Origin: Octopus bimaculoides
Lineage: Eukaryota
Reading direction: 5' to 3'
Assembly (NCBI RefSeq): GCF_001194135.2
Contig: NC_068997.1
Span: forward strand, 5,106,258-5,170,257
DNA: 64,000 bases
The notes beneath the pieces are model-generated. The model was not told the origin of the DNA. It saw only the letters and a list, made by a program, of their open reading frames with translations, and searched no databases. The position numbers and the translations under genes are program-made. This document shows positions 26,370-43,046 of the stretch, one piece after another (within the stretch, counting starts at the first letter, position 1; each line of letters starts with the position of its first letter).

Positions 26370-26875
26370 TGTATATGGAGAACATGTAGAGGAACAAAGC
26401 TGGTATTCTCCACTAGATGTTCCATGTCAGTGTACATGTGTATTGAGAGAACTTGGGCATAAGACGAATTATATGTAGTGTACAAGAAAAGAGACAGCTG
26501 ATTTGGTCATATGATGCAGACAGTTGCATGAAGCAGTGCCAATTGCCTGAAGTGGAGACAAGTTGCAGAAGAGGAAGACATGGGATGAAGTGTCAAAGGC
26601 CATGATCAAAATGTGGCACATTGCTGTAACAAGACCTGCCCACAACTGAATCAAGATCCTAAAACCAAGGTGTTACAGAAAAAGCATTGGTGTGGGTGCT
26701 GGTGCTACATAAAAAAGGCACACAGTACACTATAAAGTGGATAGTGTTATGAAGGGCATCCAGCTGTAGAAACCAAGCCAAAACAGACTCTGGAACCTGG
26801 TGTGGTCTCCAGCCTTCCCAGTTCCTGTCAAGCTGTCCAACCCATGACAGCATGGAGAATGGGCATTAAATGTTG
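26370..26875 (+). mobile_element. old RTE LINE 3' fragment
   Basis: Homologous to 45340-45600 and 55560-55800; followed by the catccagctgtagaaacc 3'UTR core. Confidence 0.65.
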
Positions 26876-29800
26876 GTGTATATATAACACCTGCATGAAA
26901 AAAATCAAGGTGAAAAGTTTACTAAAATGCACTGAAAGTAAATTTACTTTTAGCATCAATACTGCTCTGCACTGGTCAAGGAAGTGATACTATGAGAAAG
27001 TGCAGGGTTGACATTTGATAAATGACATCTATCACCACCAGTGATACATTCATGATGCAACAGCTGGAGGGTGAGAGGGCTACATTTAGTAGTGCTAGTA
27101 CTTAACTTTCCACTTAGTAAACTAGTTATATCAGTAAAATGCCTTGCTCAAGACATGCCACCCAGTCCAACAAACAACTTTATGGTATGAGACCAACACC
27201 TTAAGCACAAGCTACATTAAAATATGCTGAAACTTCTAGATTTTAATTTCAAACATTAATACAAGTGGGTTGTTATTTAATTCTAAATCTTAATATACCT
27301 AACAGATCATCCAAAATATTTGTGAACAGACTAATTTAAATGCTAGCATTAAAAAATAATTGGATATAAACCTTGGATTACACCTTCCTAGTGACAGACA
27401 CCACTTAAGTCTTCGACAGTGCAGTCATTTTAGGCACAAATCATTGTTTCATGCTTGTATAGAAACAAACAATTCATTAAAGCAAATTTTCCAGTCACCA
27501 ATTCTCACATTTCTAAGCAAGGGAATATTTCTTGCCTGGACGCACAATGCCTTTCAGTTTGTCTTCCAAATACAAGAATTTTGTCAGTCTAGGCTGTTGA
27601 CACTTACCCAAGGGTGCTACACTGAGACTGGACCCCAAACCAGCTGGTTAGCTCCTTTACCACACCCATGCCAGCAAATCCCTTTTTTTTTTTTTCCAAA
27701 AGATCTCTGGCACACTTCCCTTGTCGTACGAGTAATAAGTTACTGCAAGTTATGTAGTCAGCTGTAGCAATTACATATAGCAGACAGAACAGGAACAAAT
27801 ACAAATTGTAGAGCTCCTTAGATCATTAGCACTAATGGATTACCTAACATTGCAAATTTAGACTCATCTATGCCTATATTTTCCAATAATGTTAAGTTCT
27901 GGAGGAATGGCATGTTTCTACAAGTATGTTGTAAGAGTTTTAAGCCCAAACACTTATGCAAGTAGAGTACATTTTACAGACATCTGAAGGGATGCCAATA
28001 ACCTGTCACACAAGCAAGGACTCACTCGTCTATAACCAGACTTCTTAAACCTTCAGAAACCAAATGGTAAATAAGTTTCATTTCAATCTTTAAAACAAAA
28101 ATTCAAAAGGATACCAGCAGGTCACAAGAATTGATTTAATCCTACATTTGTCTACCATAGGAGCCCTTATGACAATGCTCAAAGAAATTAAGACTGTGGA
28201 ACATCACAAGGAAGAACAATGTTTCCAGAATTCCAATAGTTTAAATCAAGGAAAACAAAAAGGGTGAGGGCACAATGTAATTCAGAAATGGTAAATAGAT
28301 TTTAAAATCCCTATAATCAAGCACAATCCATCCCTTATTTTCTGTCCATAAAAATGAGCATATAAATTGTTCCCAAATGTTCGTTGCATAAAGGTGTAGT
28401 CCAAAACCATAAGTTTCTTCTGTAGGGCATCAAACATCAGCCCCAATTATTAAAAATTGGTTATGCAACTAATAAAGAAGAGATCAGACTATTTTATCAA
28501 CATGAAAGTACAAAAAGCCAAAACTAAGCCAGCTGAAAAGTAAAATACTATATAGGCAGATATTACAATTTACCAATAGAGCCAAATCCAGGGACCTTTG
28601 TCTTTGAAAGACATAACGCTAATTTTCTAATTCCAAATTTTGTGGTACACCTTTTGGCTGGGCAGCAAGAAGTTTTCTCCCTAACCACATGGTTCTGGGT
28701 TCAGTTCCAATGCAAGGCATCTTGGCCTAGGTGTGTATTATTATAGCCTCAGGTCAACTGAAGCCTTGTGAGTGAATTTGGTAGGCAAACAAAAAGCACA
28801 CCATATACAGCTGTTTGTTCTCCAAGGCATGACAACTGGTATTTACATTCCCATTATCAGTTCAGCAAAAGATTGATAGAATAAGTATCAGACTTAAGTA
28901 CTGGGGTTGATTTGCTCAACTAAAATTTAAGTCAGTGCCTAAGTGTAATGACAAACAAAATTAACAGCAAGAAAATTTCGAATTAAAACCATTCCAATGG
29001 TTGAATGCTTTAAATGTAAAGCTAATCCTATGAACTACATGTTCAATCTTGTGGGAGCATAGCTATATCCACCAAAAGTTCATTTAAATCATCACTAGTC
29101 TATTTGTCTTGGACAGAATGTCACCCAAATGGACTCAACACTTGAGATGTTACTGGGTTCATTGTTTAACAAATGCAGATCAGAACATTGCTGCTTCCTA
29201 CAACAATGTAAACATAGTTAAAGGTAGCAAAGATTCAGAAATTGCACCCACTAACCCATTTGAACATTTAAACCACGATATTAAACCGAAATGTTTTACC
29301 TGTCTTATGTTCAAAACTAGCTAGATTTGGCCTCTCACACCAGCCCTACAATATCATTCTAAAATAGTTACCTCATCAAAATCTCAAAGCTACAAAATAA
29401 TGTACAAGTCATTCAAAATAATGTGAATAAATAAATACTTCAGCAGAATATGAATGCTAAAGAGTTAAATCTGTCTGTGGCTGGATGCTAATAGAAAATT
29501 CAAATTCAGCACCATGCAATATTGTACTGTAATTCTGCATGAATAACTTTCCACCTTAATAGCTGTAATTAAATTGCATAAATATAAGAAAACAAATTTA
29601 AAATAGAAACTATCGTGCACTCCATCTTAAATTTAGTCAATAAATCACTTGATATAAAAAGCTGAACACATTTTTTACAAAAACCAACTCCTACATCAAG
29701 CCCAGTTAGAAGAAACTTAACTTCTCCCAGATCATTTCGCCTTAGACTGATAAGTTAGAAATTAAGAGGTCCAAGTTTCTTGCAACTGCAATTCTGGATC

Positions 29801-30729
29801 TTATTATAAAACAGGAATTATTCGGGATCAAATCCAGTTAATTCCACTGAAAATCTAACCAGACAATCTTAAATCCTTATTAAACTGGTGCACAGAGCAA
29901 ATAAACATTTCAAACCAAATTAAAAGTTTGAATCAGAACCAGGATTACTATCAAAAAGGTTAAATACTCTAACCTTAGAACAGGTGAGCTATCCGCACCA
30001 TTATGAATTAAATTTTTCTTTAACTTAAGATACTGGACCACAGCCATGCTTAAAAGTATTTTGAAATTAATCCTAGTATTTAGTCTGGTATTCTAATCTT
30101 CAACCGAACCAGTAAATTATGGGGGTCATAAACAAACCTATCACGGGGNNNNNNNNNNGGAACCAGACATGCTCCCGCAATTGGTAACAAACTCAGCCAA
30201 GGAAAGTAGACACTTGTCCAGAGCATCACTCAGTGCAAAGTTGAGAAACTTTCACTTAACCATATCCAACAACAAAGAAAAGGAAAAAATTTAACTTGAC
30301 TGAAAAATTAGAATTGCCAGCTTCTGCAGTGTCAGAACTGCCAGTGATCTAAATAACAGCAAGTACTCTCCGGCTGCTTCCCTAAAACACCTAGCTCAGT
30401 TACTAATTAATGTTTTAAGCTGTTCCATTATAAGAAACTGGACCATTCTTAACATCATAGCCATGCATTTCAGCTTCCTTTTGTTCAAAGATTCTGGCAA
30501 CATGATTTATAAGATTTTAAAACTGACGTCCAACTTTTTTGATCAGGAATCAAACTTTACAGAAACCTACTAAAAGTGCACTAAATATACTATTATTCTT
30601 GTGGTACATATTAATCACAACAGTTATTAGGTCAATACGACTCATATAAAGAACCATTTGACCACAACGGACCCTAGATATAAAGCAAAGGAGCAAGATC
30701 AAGAAAGGAAATCATTTAAATTACTAAGT

Positions 30730-30735
30730 TTTATT
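30730..30735 (-). terminator. candidate polyadenylation signal AATAAA for Hsc70
   Basis: tttatt on + strand about 200 nt after the stop codon. Confidence 0.45.
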
Positions 30736-30934
30736 AATTGTATTGAAATGGGTTGTTGTAATAACATGTCAACATTTGCGTTAACTAAGACTTATTATAA
30801 AAGTCCTGTAACATGTATTTACAATACAGTAAAGAATAGATATATATATATACACAGAAAATAAACTGAGTTGAGATGAGTTAAAAAAAAAAAAAAAAAT
30901 CAAATGATTAGGAGGTAGGTACAAGTCAAGTGAT

Positions 30935-34383
<3,449 letters not shown>

Positions 34384-36728
34384 ACCTGCAAGTAAGAGTA
34401 TTATAAATTTATTATCGGAAAAAAAAAGATGCAATCCAAAATCTAGTTACCTTTCACAATACTCTGTTCAAAGAAAATTGCGGTGTTTTGAAATAACTAT
34501 TCGAAAAAAGCTCATGGAGAAAAGGTTGAATTAATTTTTCATGAGGGGAGAGCTTCAGTATATTAATTCTGGAATTTCTTACCTTTTTTTTCACTATAAG
34601 ATAGCTATAACCATTCCAAAACTGAAAATGATTCCAGATAAAGGAAAACCATTTCAATCACCATTTTGCTTATTTAGCAACAAGTGTAAAAGCTCTGGGC
34701 CCACAAGATATTGTACAAACATTCTATGTTTAACAAGAAATGGTATCACACACGTGTACTGAATTTAAGTGCTAAGCTACGTTGACAGTTTTGAAGAAAC
34801 CAGAATTCACAGAAAATGAGCAATAGAGAAAAAAAAATATTCCATAAACCTTAAAAGCAATCGAAAACAGAATGTTTATACATTTCCTTATGTTTAACTC
34901 AACAGCAACCGAAACAAAGGAAACCGTCAACATTTTCGCCTCCGAACAATTTTTTTAAACATTTAATCTCCTTCAAACAACTACTTTGCGATTTCGGAGG
35001 AGGGTATGAACTATACAATATTCCCTTCGACAACTAAAAAATCCTGCCAAAATTTCCATACAGAAAAGGTTCCAAGGTTTACAATTATGCAACAAAGGGC
35101 ACCGACCGCAGGGTCGTGTCAGTGCGCAGGCGCAGTGCTAACAGTGTTACTATGTTGAAAGTCACTGAGCACGAGGATACATCACAATAGCCTTCGCACA
35201 AAAGCCTATAAAATAAGCAGCGCTGCTTTCAATAGCTATATTTAAGTCTGAAAAGTACATAGCAACCCTCATCACATAAATAACTTTCACAGAAATCATT
35301 GCTGTTTAATCTGGATGCTAACACGGCATGGCATTGCAAGATCATTAAAGCCAGCACCACATGGACAGCTTCAAAATCTAACACTAACGAAGGAGCCGAG
35401 GTTCTCATCAGAAATAAGAACAGGCCAAATCTGATACATTTTCTCATATAATCAATAATTTTACCACTGCCGGGACTCCTCATGAAATGGATTCATTGGC
35501 TAAGACGTGGCTAATATCAGATCTAAATCCATTGGAAAAATTAACAGCTTTTTACCAAAACCCTATGAAAATAATTATCAAATTGAAAATTGAAACCGGC
35601 AAATGCGTTATACTGCTTTCTGTGAGAAACAGACCAGTTTATAATTCAATAACGAACAAAAATGGAGCTGGCTCGGCCACATGATTAAACATTTGGTAAA
35701 GCTATTAAATAGTGTAAAATTACAGAAAAAAATGTCAAGAAAATTAACAAAACGGTTTTTTAATGTTAATTTTATCCACACATCTAAATGAATTTAAACA
35801 TTTAAATGCTCATGTAAAATTTGTTATTGGGAGGAATATTGATTAAATACAGATTACAGCAATAAAGAGCAGGTACTGGTAAAGTACATGGAGATTATTG
35901 AAGATTAATCAATAGATTGTGACATGAACTGCCAGATATACTATAATGAGAAACGATGGGAGAGACGTGGCCAGAAAGATTCACTATCATGGCTTTCATT
36001 CATTATATAATAGGAAAAAAACCTGTTAGTAGCAGCGATAATAGGGGAGATCGAGAGGCTGTAGTATTGGCTGCCGCCATTCACAGCTGGGCTTAGATTA
36101 GTAGAAGCAGGGCGTATCTCTACATCACACCATGTCTAATTATTTCAAGTCTTCCGAGTATAATTTCTAATTAAGTACTTTTCTCATTTTAATTTTGTGC
36201 TAGATAAAAAATTTCTAGCAATCGAAATTTTGAACACTGAAAATATTCGGGGGGGGGGGGGAATTTTTTGTTAAATAGTATTTTGAATGAATCAAAAAGA
36301 TTTAAATTCAACAGAAGGGATAAAAGGGCAAGCAGGGTTAATTATAATGAAAGCTTGAAAGAAAAAAAAAAAAAAAAAAAAAAAAAGGAAAATTTACGCA
36401 GAAAAATACTATTATCCACTAATGATAATGGTAGATCACACGATTTAGGATATTAAAAGGGAATTCATAAATCTGAACATTTTACAAAAATTCAGAAAAT
36501 TCTTAACATACAAAACCAGAGAAAGGTGAAAATACATTAATATGGGGGAGATTTTCTTTTTTTCTGAATAATTAAATTACCAGGAGGGAAAGGAAGCCGG
36601 ATGAATCAGGAGGAAAAAACGCTTGAAAATTAACTATATGATTACATATCTATAGATATTTATATAAGTATATAACACGTGTGTTTAAGCAGACGAAATA
36701 TATAATGTAAAAAGAAAGAAATAACTAC

Positions 36729-36808
36729 CAGATATCGCTAATGAACTTTAAGGCAATGTAGAACGTCTCTCACGACAGTGCGATCTCTTCCACCAAACGA
36801 ACTGATAT
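36729..36808 (-). other. HSPA8: putative non-coding first exon of Hsc70
   Basis: An acceptor (ttgcag|GT ATG) lies 2 nt before the ATG, so a 5' exon is needed. Candidate donor CTG|GTAGTT at 36729/36728 lies downstream of the TATA/Inr. Confidence 0.55.
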
Positions 36809-36880
36809 GAAGCGGGAGCGGCCGAGCAACGTTTTATACGGCGACTCATGGAACCTTCCAGTAACTAATGATACGTCATA
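36800..36880 (-). promoter_or_regulatory. Hsc70 core promoter: TATAAAA (36838-36832), Inr-like TCATATCAGTT (36810-36800), HSE gGAAccTTCcaGTAa (36850-36864), CRE/ATF-like TGACGTA (36878-36872)
   Basis: Motifs read directly; TATA to first Inr A = 30 nt; HSE has two perfect and one imperfect nGAAn units immediately upstream of TATA. Confidence 0.7.
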
Positions 36881-39800
36881 GATAATTTTTTTTATCAATG
36901 ATTATTTGTCAGGTAGACTTCCTTAACTCCTTTTTTTACGTAATTAAGAAGAAATTAGAAGCCAAACTAAATTTTATTTATAACTTCAAATGCATTATAT
37001 TATTACGGTTTTTTTTTGTTTTCTTATTACAATGGTGGTAGTAGTAAGAGGTAAGCTCCCAGTGGAGTCGAAGTAGGGGGTGGTCGACAAACTGGGTTTC
37101 GATTCTCGGACGCGTTTCTTTTTCACGTTGACTTTGCTCGGTTGGAAAGACATAGACCTAACATGTCATTTAAACGCTCGTTAAAATCTAAATGTAATAA
37201 AAAGAAAACCGGTTTTTTATTTTTACTACAATGATAACTAGAGCAGTAGACGTGGAAAAAAAATGGCCAGGTGGTTTATTTCCTTCGATGTTGCCTTTAA
37301 AATTTAAACATCGCCGTGCCAATTCCTACTCATCTTTGACTGAACAGACCCTTTGCTCAGAGGGATTCCATGAGATAGAACGATTACCTAATCATTGTTT
37401 ATTACAGTCAATGTGTTTCTCGTTTTCTTTTTAAGCAGACGGTTATTTGAGGTTAATTCAGTTCTATTTCTAGCAGGGCCAGCAACCACGTAGACACTCC
37501 CAAACTGACTAATATAACTCATATACTGTTGTTTATTCTATCCTACCATCTAATAAAGATTTCTATAAACTATAATGAAATTGTTTGCCTTAAATGTTTC
37601 GGAAAATTTCGACAACTGCGACTTTTCCCTTAAAACTATTATTACACAATAAATTATACAAGACGAAACGGAGTGAAAGTAGATGAAATTGGTAATTCAA
37701 AATGCACTGTGGACAAAGAAATACCCGATTCGATTTTTAATAAATGAACGTGACAAAATGGTGCTTCAGCGTAATATAACATAAGAGGGAAACAAAGAAA
37801 ACGGTAATTATGACAACATTTAAACCATTTAGAGTCTTCAGTGTAAGAACGAGACTTTCTTTTAAAGAAGTCAACCTTTGTCTGGCTTTAGTAGGGAAAT
37901 ATCAAGTACAGGTCGTTTACATTTCCTCGAACGCGCCTCTCATGAATAAAATTCCGCGAAAACACGATGGCATTCCCCACCTTTTTTTTGTCTTTCTTTT
38001 CTCTACTAAAAATAATCATCATTGTGATCTCTTATTTACACTCGAGATCAAACGATGAATTTATTAATATATAACTTGTATTATTTCATCGATCCCTGAG
38101 TTTTTTTAAAGTAAATTAAATACTATGAAACAATGATACCGAGCAATTTATTGTTTCTGCCAACTTCATAATAAGTACTTCTTATATAAGATGTTTTTTG
38201 GTCTAGTTTCATGAAATTGGAAATATGTTTCGTTTATGCATTTTCCCAGTCGTAGAATAGCTACAACTGGAAATCGTGAGTGGATTGCCGGAAAGCTTGA
38301 CAAAGTTGAAAGGAGCAAATCTGACTCCCTTGCCCGAACTCATTGACATTAGTCAGAATGGTTTCTTAGGTATAAAGCCTAATTATTGAAAAGGAGATAA
38401 ATGTATAATCGATTACGTTAATCTCTGAGTGTAAATTATTTTAATAGGTTTCGAAGGAATGACGACCGAAGTGGCATCGAGCAGGAATTCGTAATGGGAG
38501 CGAGACGAACGTACTTTAATATCTCTCTATCTCTCCCCATGCTGCCCCAATAATGTCTCTTTCTGTTAGACATGGAAACCTTAAAATTTAAACAGAGAAC
38601 GGGTAACTGTGATATTCATCCTTTCCAAGAAATGTTAGTAATACAAAGGAAAACGTATTGAGTGGGGGTTGAACCCATATCCTTGTGAAAATTTTATTTT
38701 ATATGACTCGTACCATCAGCTATGTATCGTTTCACATTAGATTACAGTTAAATGATAAAATAAAAGATCTCAATATTTTACTGGTGTTTATTTTATTCCA
38801 ATGCAGAAGATGGGGTGACACAATTCGACCAAAGCTACATTTAAACTCAAAAATACCAGCGATCATTGATATGGATCCACTCGTCTCGAAATTTCGCGCG
38901 AATTCAAGTAACATCGAATAGCAAAGCAGGCACACGAGTTACAAACACACGCCGTGTATGTGTTTTCAACTTATAAAGTGTTACTTGAAAATAGCCTGTA
39001 TAAACAAATTTGTGTATGTATAGATATAGGTGCAAGTATTAAAGAAATAGAGATATTTGTAGGAAGATATACACGCTCTTTTTTGTTCTTATTCTAAGTG
39101 ATCCCGCACTTCGTGTATGCTAATTGATTTCAAAAAGGAGTCCTTATAGATAGGTTTCGTCAAAAGATAACGTGTCTAACACAATATAATAATTATTAAA
39201 CACATTTCGATATTCTGTCACAAAAGTATCTTACATAAAACCTCTCGATTTATCTATACAATAAGACGGGGCACAACACCATGCAGTGGTATTTATGCCT
39301 TTTTTTCAAGAGGTATTAGCTTTGTCTGATGAGTTGAATAAATGGATAAACTGGGTTTTTTTATGTCATTTTATATCATAACTGGAGATACACTAAGGAT
39401 TCAATGTGTATTAAGCAATTTTCTAAATACTTTGTCGGTTATATTACGCACCAATGGAACACGTGTATGCTGTGTTAAGACAGGCACAGATGTATCGTCC
39501 AGTAATGTACATAACACTCCATTGCCTTTAAAAATCGATATGTTGTACATTATATTATTTTTGTTTTTTAATTCCATTTTGTCACATATTTTATCCGATG
39601 TCCTAATTATTTATTTATATATTTATTATCTCTCAAAGAACGACTCTTCCTTCTGCTGTAATTGGGGCCTTGTTCATGCGACTATAATATATGTGGCTTG
39701 ATGCCAATTTTAGAAATTATTTATCGCTTTTCCTCCTTCCAGGTTCGATGAATGAATTCTCGGAATAATGTAACCTAGTTCTTTAGCTCCAGGTGAAAAG

Positions 39801-40829
39801 TGACTAAGCAAAACTATGATGAAATGCTTTCCGGCTGTGACTGTCTCGCCTTTTTTAAAGATGTCTAGGATGTAATTTGACCGCGAGGGCTAGTGATGGT
39901 ATTTGGCTGTTATTTCTAACTGATCGATGTGATATTTAGTTTCTTCTTTTTAAGCTCCGAGTTCAAACTGTACTGGCGTTCACGTTTATTACCCCCCCTC
40001 GTTCCTGTTAATTAAAGAAGTGTTTACTACTTATCCCGGGGCCGGATGTAGCTAGTAACGAGTAGCTTATGCTAAGACCCAATGCACTTTTAATCTGTGG
40101 CCTCTTAAACTGACAAATACCAGACACACACCCTCCAATCACGTACAAAAGTATTTGGGAAATTTAACCTCCCTACCCACTCTTTTTATTAATTAAAAAA
40201 AATTAATAACAATGCATCTCTATTTCTTCTTTATAATAGTGTTAGGCAAGTTTTAAAAGTTTAAAAACATTTTAATTATTAAACATAACATTTTGTTCCT
40301 CCCTCTTTTCAAGCATCACAGCCCACTGCTTTAAATTAACATTTTTGTTACCTTTTTCCGTTTGAAATTCACTACTTTTAAAATAATAAGAAATTTAATC
40401 AATTAACTTAGTCGTTATTGGCCCTTTCGTTACCAAATTTCTGTTGAAATACTCTTCTTTGATTTCTGTTAATTTTGTAAAGTGTGTGCAACATAAATTT
40501 ACATGAAATTTTAATAGAAAGTTTAAAATTTAGATCACTTTAAAACAAGAAGTTCGTATCATAGAACTAGGGTTGATCTGAGGTATGTTGGTATCAAATT
40601 GAATAACATCAATAAATAGACAGACATCATTTTTGTATCAAGATGATTAATAAATACATTTCGATGCCTTAAACTTGGCAAACAATAATTGCGTTTAATT
40701 ATAATTTAAAGATAAGTTGAATAAATCAAACTTTCTAAAATATTATAGACAGTATATGAATAATGGGTCCCATTAAATCAAATCAGGATTTTTAAACAGG
40801 GAAGAAGCATTTTATTGTGCATACCATCT

Positions 40830-41135
40830 TCATCATCATCATCATCATCATCGTTTAACGTCCGCTTTCCATACTGGCATGGGTTGGACGATTTGACTGA
40901 GGACTGGTGAAACCGGATGGCAACACCAGGCTCCAATCTAATTTGGCAGAGTTTCTACAGCTGGATGCCCTTCCTAACGCCAACCACTCCGAGAGTGTAG
41001 TGGGTGCTTTTACGTGTCACCTGCACGAGGGCCAGTCAGGCGGTACTGGCAACGGCCACGCTCAAAATGGTGTCTTTTATGTGCCACCCGCACAAGAGCC
41101 AGTCCAGGGGCACTGGCAACGATCTCCCTCGAAAA
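40830..41135 (-). mobile_element. young RTE 3'UTR copy with (GAT)n tail
   Basis: Nearly identical to 48063-48360 and 63145-63297. Confidence 0.85.
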
Positions 41136-42699
41136 TCCTATGAAGGCCAGTTAGATGATGAAAATTATCAACATTCTCCCCTTCACTTGGATTTCACCCT
41201 TACAAAAGCTCAAGTAAGGTTCTCATTCTTCAAAGATGGGGGATTTATGGTATGTTTGAATAGGCAATCTGAGATGAAATAACAGTTATTAACAAATAGC
41301 TTGCAACTGCCAACATCATTTGATATGACAAACTCACAGTCCTTCCCTAACAGCTAATTCTCTATTGTAGTGATTCTCACTATTTTTTGCTTGTGGACCC
41401 TTTTGAATCATATTTTACTCGAATGGACCCTCCTAGCCATTCGATGTTTAAAAAATCCTATTATAATTTTATAATTAAATAATATTAGGAATTCTATTAA
41501 AAAATTGTTTAAATATTTTGTCTATTGTAAAAGTATATAACCAATTTGTTGCAGATAAATTTTAACAACAAAATCTTATATGGACTTCTAAGGACCTCTT
41601 GAACCTATGCAGGAATGATATGAGCAAGGAAGGAATTTCAGACAGTCAACCTCTGGGAAGGAAGGACCAGGCATAATGATTAGTGTGAGAAATAGAAGTT
41701 GAGCTTAATTCCTATGGCTCTTCACAATGAATGATCCTTCTTTTGCACAGATGAGCTGAATAAGAATGCTTGAGTGATGGTGGCATAATCCAGCAGGGAG
41801 GGAATCAGTTTTTTGCAAAGGGATAAGGAGCTAAATAAAATAGAACACAAAAGATTGTTCATAAAATATTTCATTATATATTTCTTATGTATGTTTTATT
41901 AACATAATGTAATAATTGGTTATATAATGTAAATTTTATAATCAACCCTTACTGTCAAATTGGAGATAGCTAGTGACTATTGTTACCTTTTCACTCCAAC
42001 CATATATTTAATAATTACACATGCCTCATTATTTGACAATAAGGGTTGATAATTATGCAACCAATTATCACCTTATGTTAATGAAACATACTTAAAATGG
42101 TTTACTTAAATATAAATAATCTCTCATGTCTTATTTTTTAAATATACTCTGTAACACTGGAACCCAGATTTAATAACAAAAGATAAAATTACAGAACGTC
42201 AACAGAATACACATGGAATTCTTCATACAGAATATTTGTTGAACAGTTTAAGGTTTAAATTATACTGAACAAATATACTAATGTATATATGGAACCCATG
42301 GAAGAAAGAGACCCAGGAAGATATGGGATGATGCAAGTCTGATGAAGTGCCACTCTAATATCTAAAGCCACAAACATCATGTAAATTTTCAGTTTGAATT
42401 CTTGTGTAAACTGGTGTTGCAAGCAGAGTTGGTACAAAAACAATTGTGAGGAATCATTAAAGATGTGTTAAAGAATTTCGAATTCCTTTGTCTTATGACT
42501 TGGATTATAATTTACTCTTCACTAAATGCACATAACAGTGTTACCGTCATGAAACCAGGATTGTCAACACTTGAAGAATTTAGGCATTGGTCTGGAACCC
42601 AACAGTGTTGACAGCCAAGAATTCAGGTTGGGTACTTCTCTGGAAATACCCTACATTTATAACCTATTAGGACCTAAGATATATGTATGTATGTATATG

Positions 42700-43015
42700 T
42701 GCATGGCTCACTGGTTAGAGTGTCAGGCTTACAATTGTGAGGTTGTGAGTTCAATTCTTGGACCAGGCTGTGTGTTGTGTTCTTGAGCAAGACACTTTAT
42801 TTCACGTTGCTCCAGTTCACTCAGCTGTAGAAATAAGTTGCAACATCACCAGTATCAAGCTGAATTGACCTTTGCTTTGCTTTTCCCTTGGACATCAGTG
42901 GTGTGGAGAAGGGTGACTGGTATGCACAAACAACCTTGCCTGGACTTGTGCCTCAGAGTGGAACTTTCTAGGTGCAATACTATTGTCATTTGTGACCAAA
43001 GGGAGTTTTACTTCA
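42700..43015 (+). mobile_element. tRNA-derived SINE
   Basis: ctcactggttagagtg...gagttcaattc tRNA-like head and shared core; (TA)n tail. Confidence 0.75.

Positions 43016-43046
<31 letters not shown>

Noticed and set aside
35105-35135. Resemblance of cctgcgcactgacacg (- strand) to the U6 snRNA 3' region
   Set aside because: Short gapped match only; no ACAGAGA box or other U6 features.
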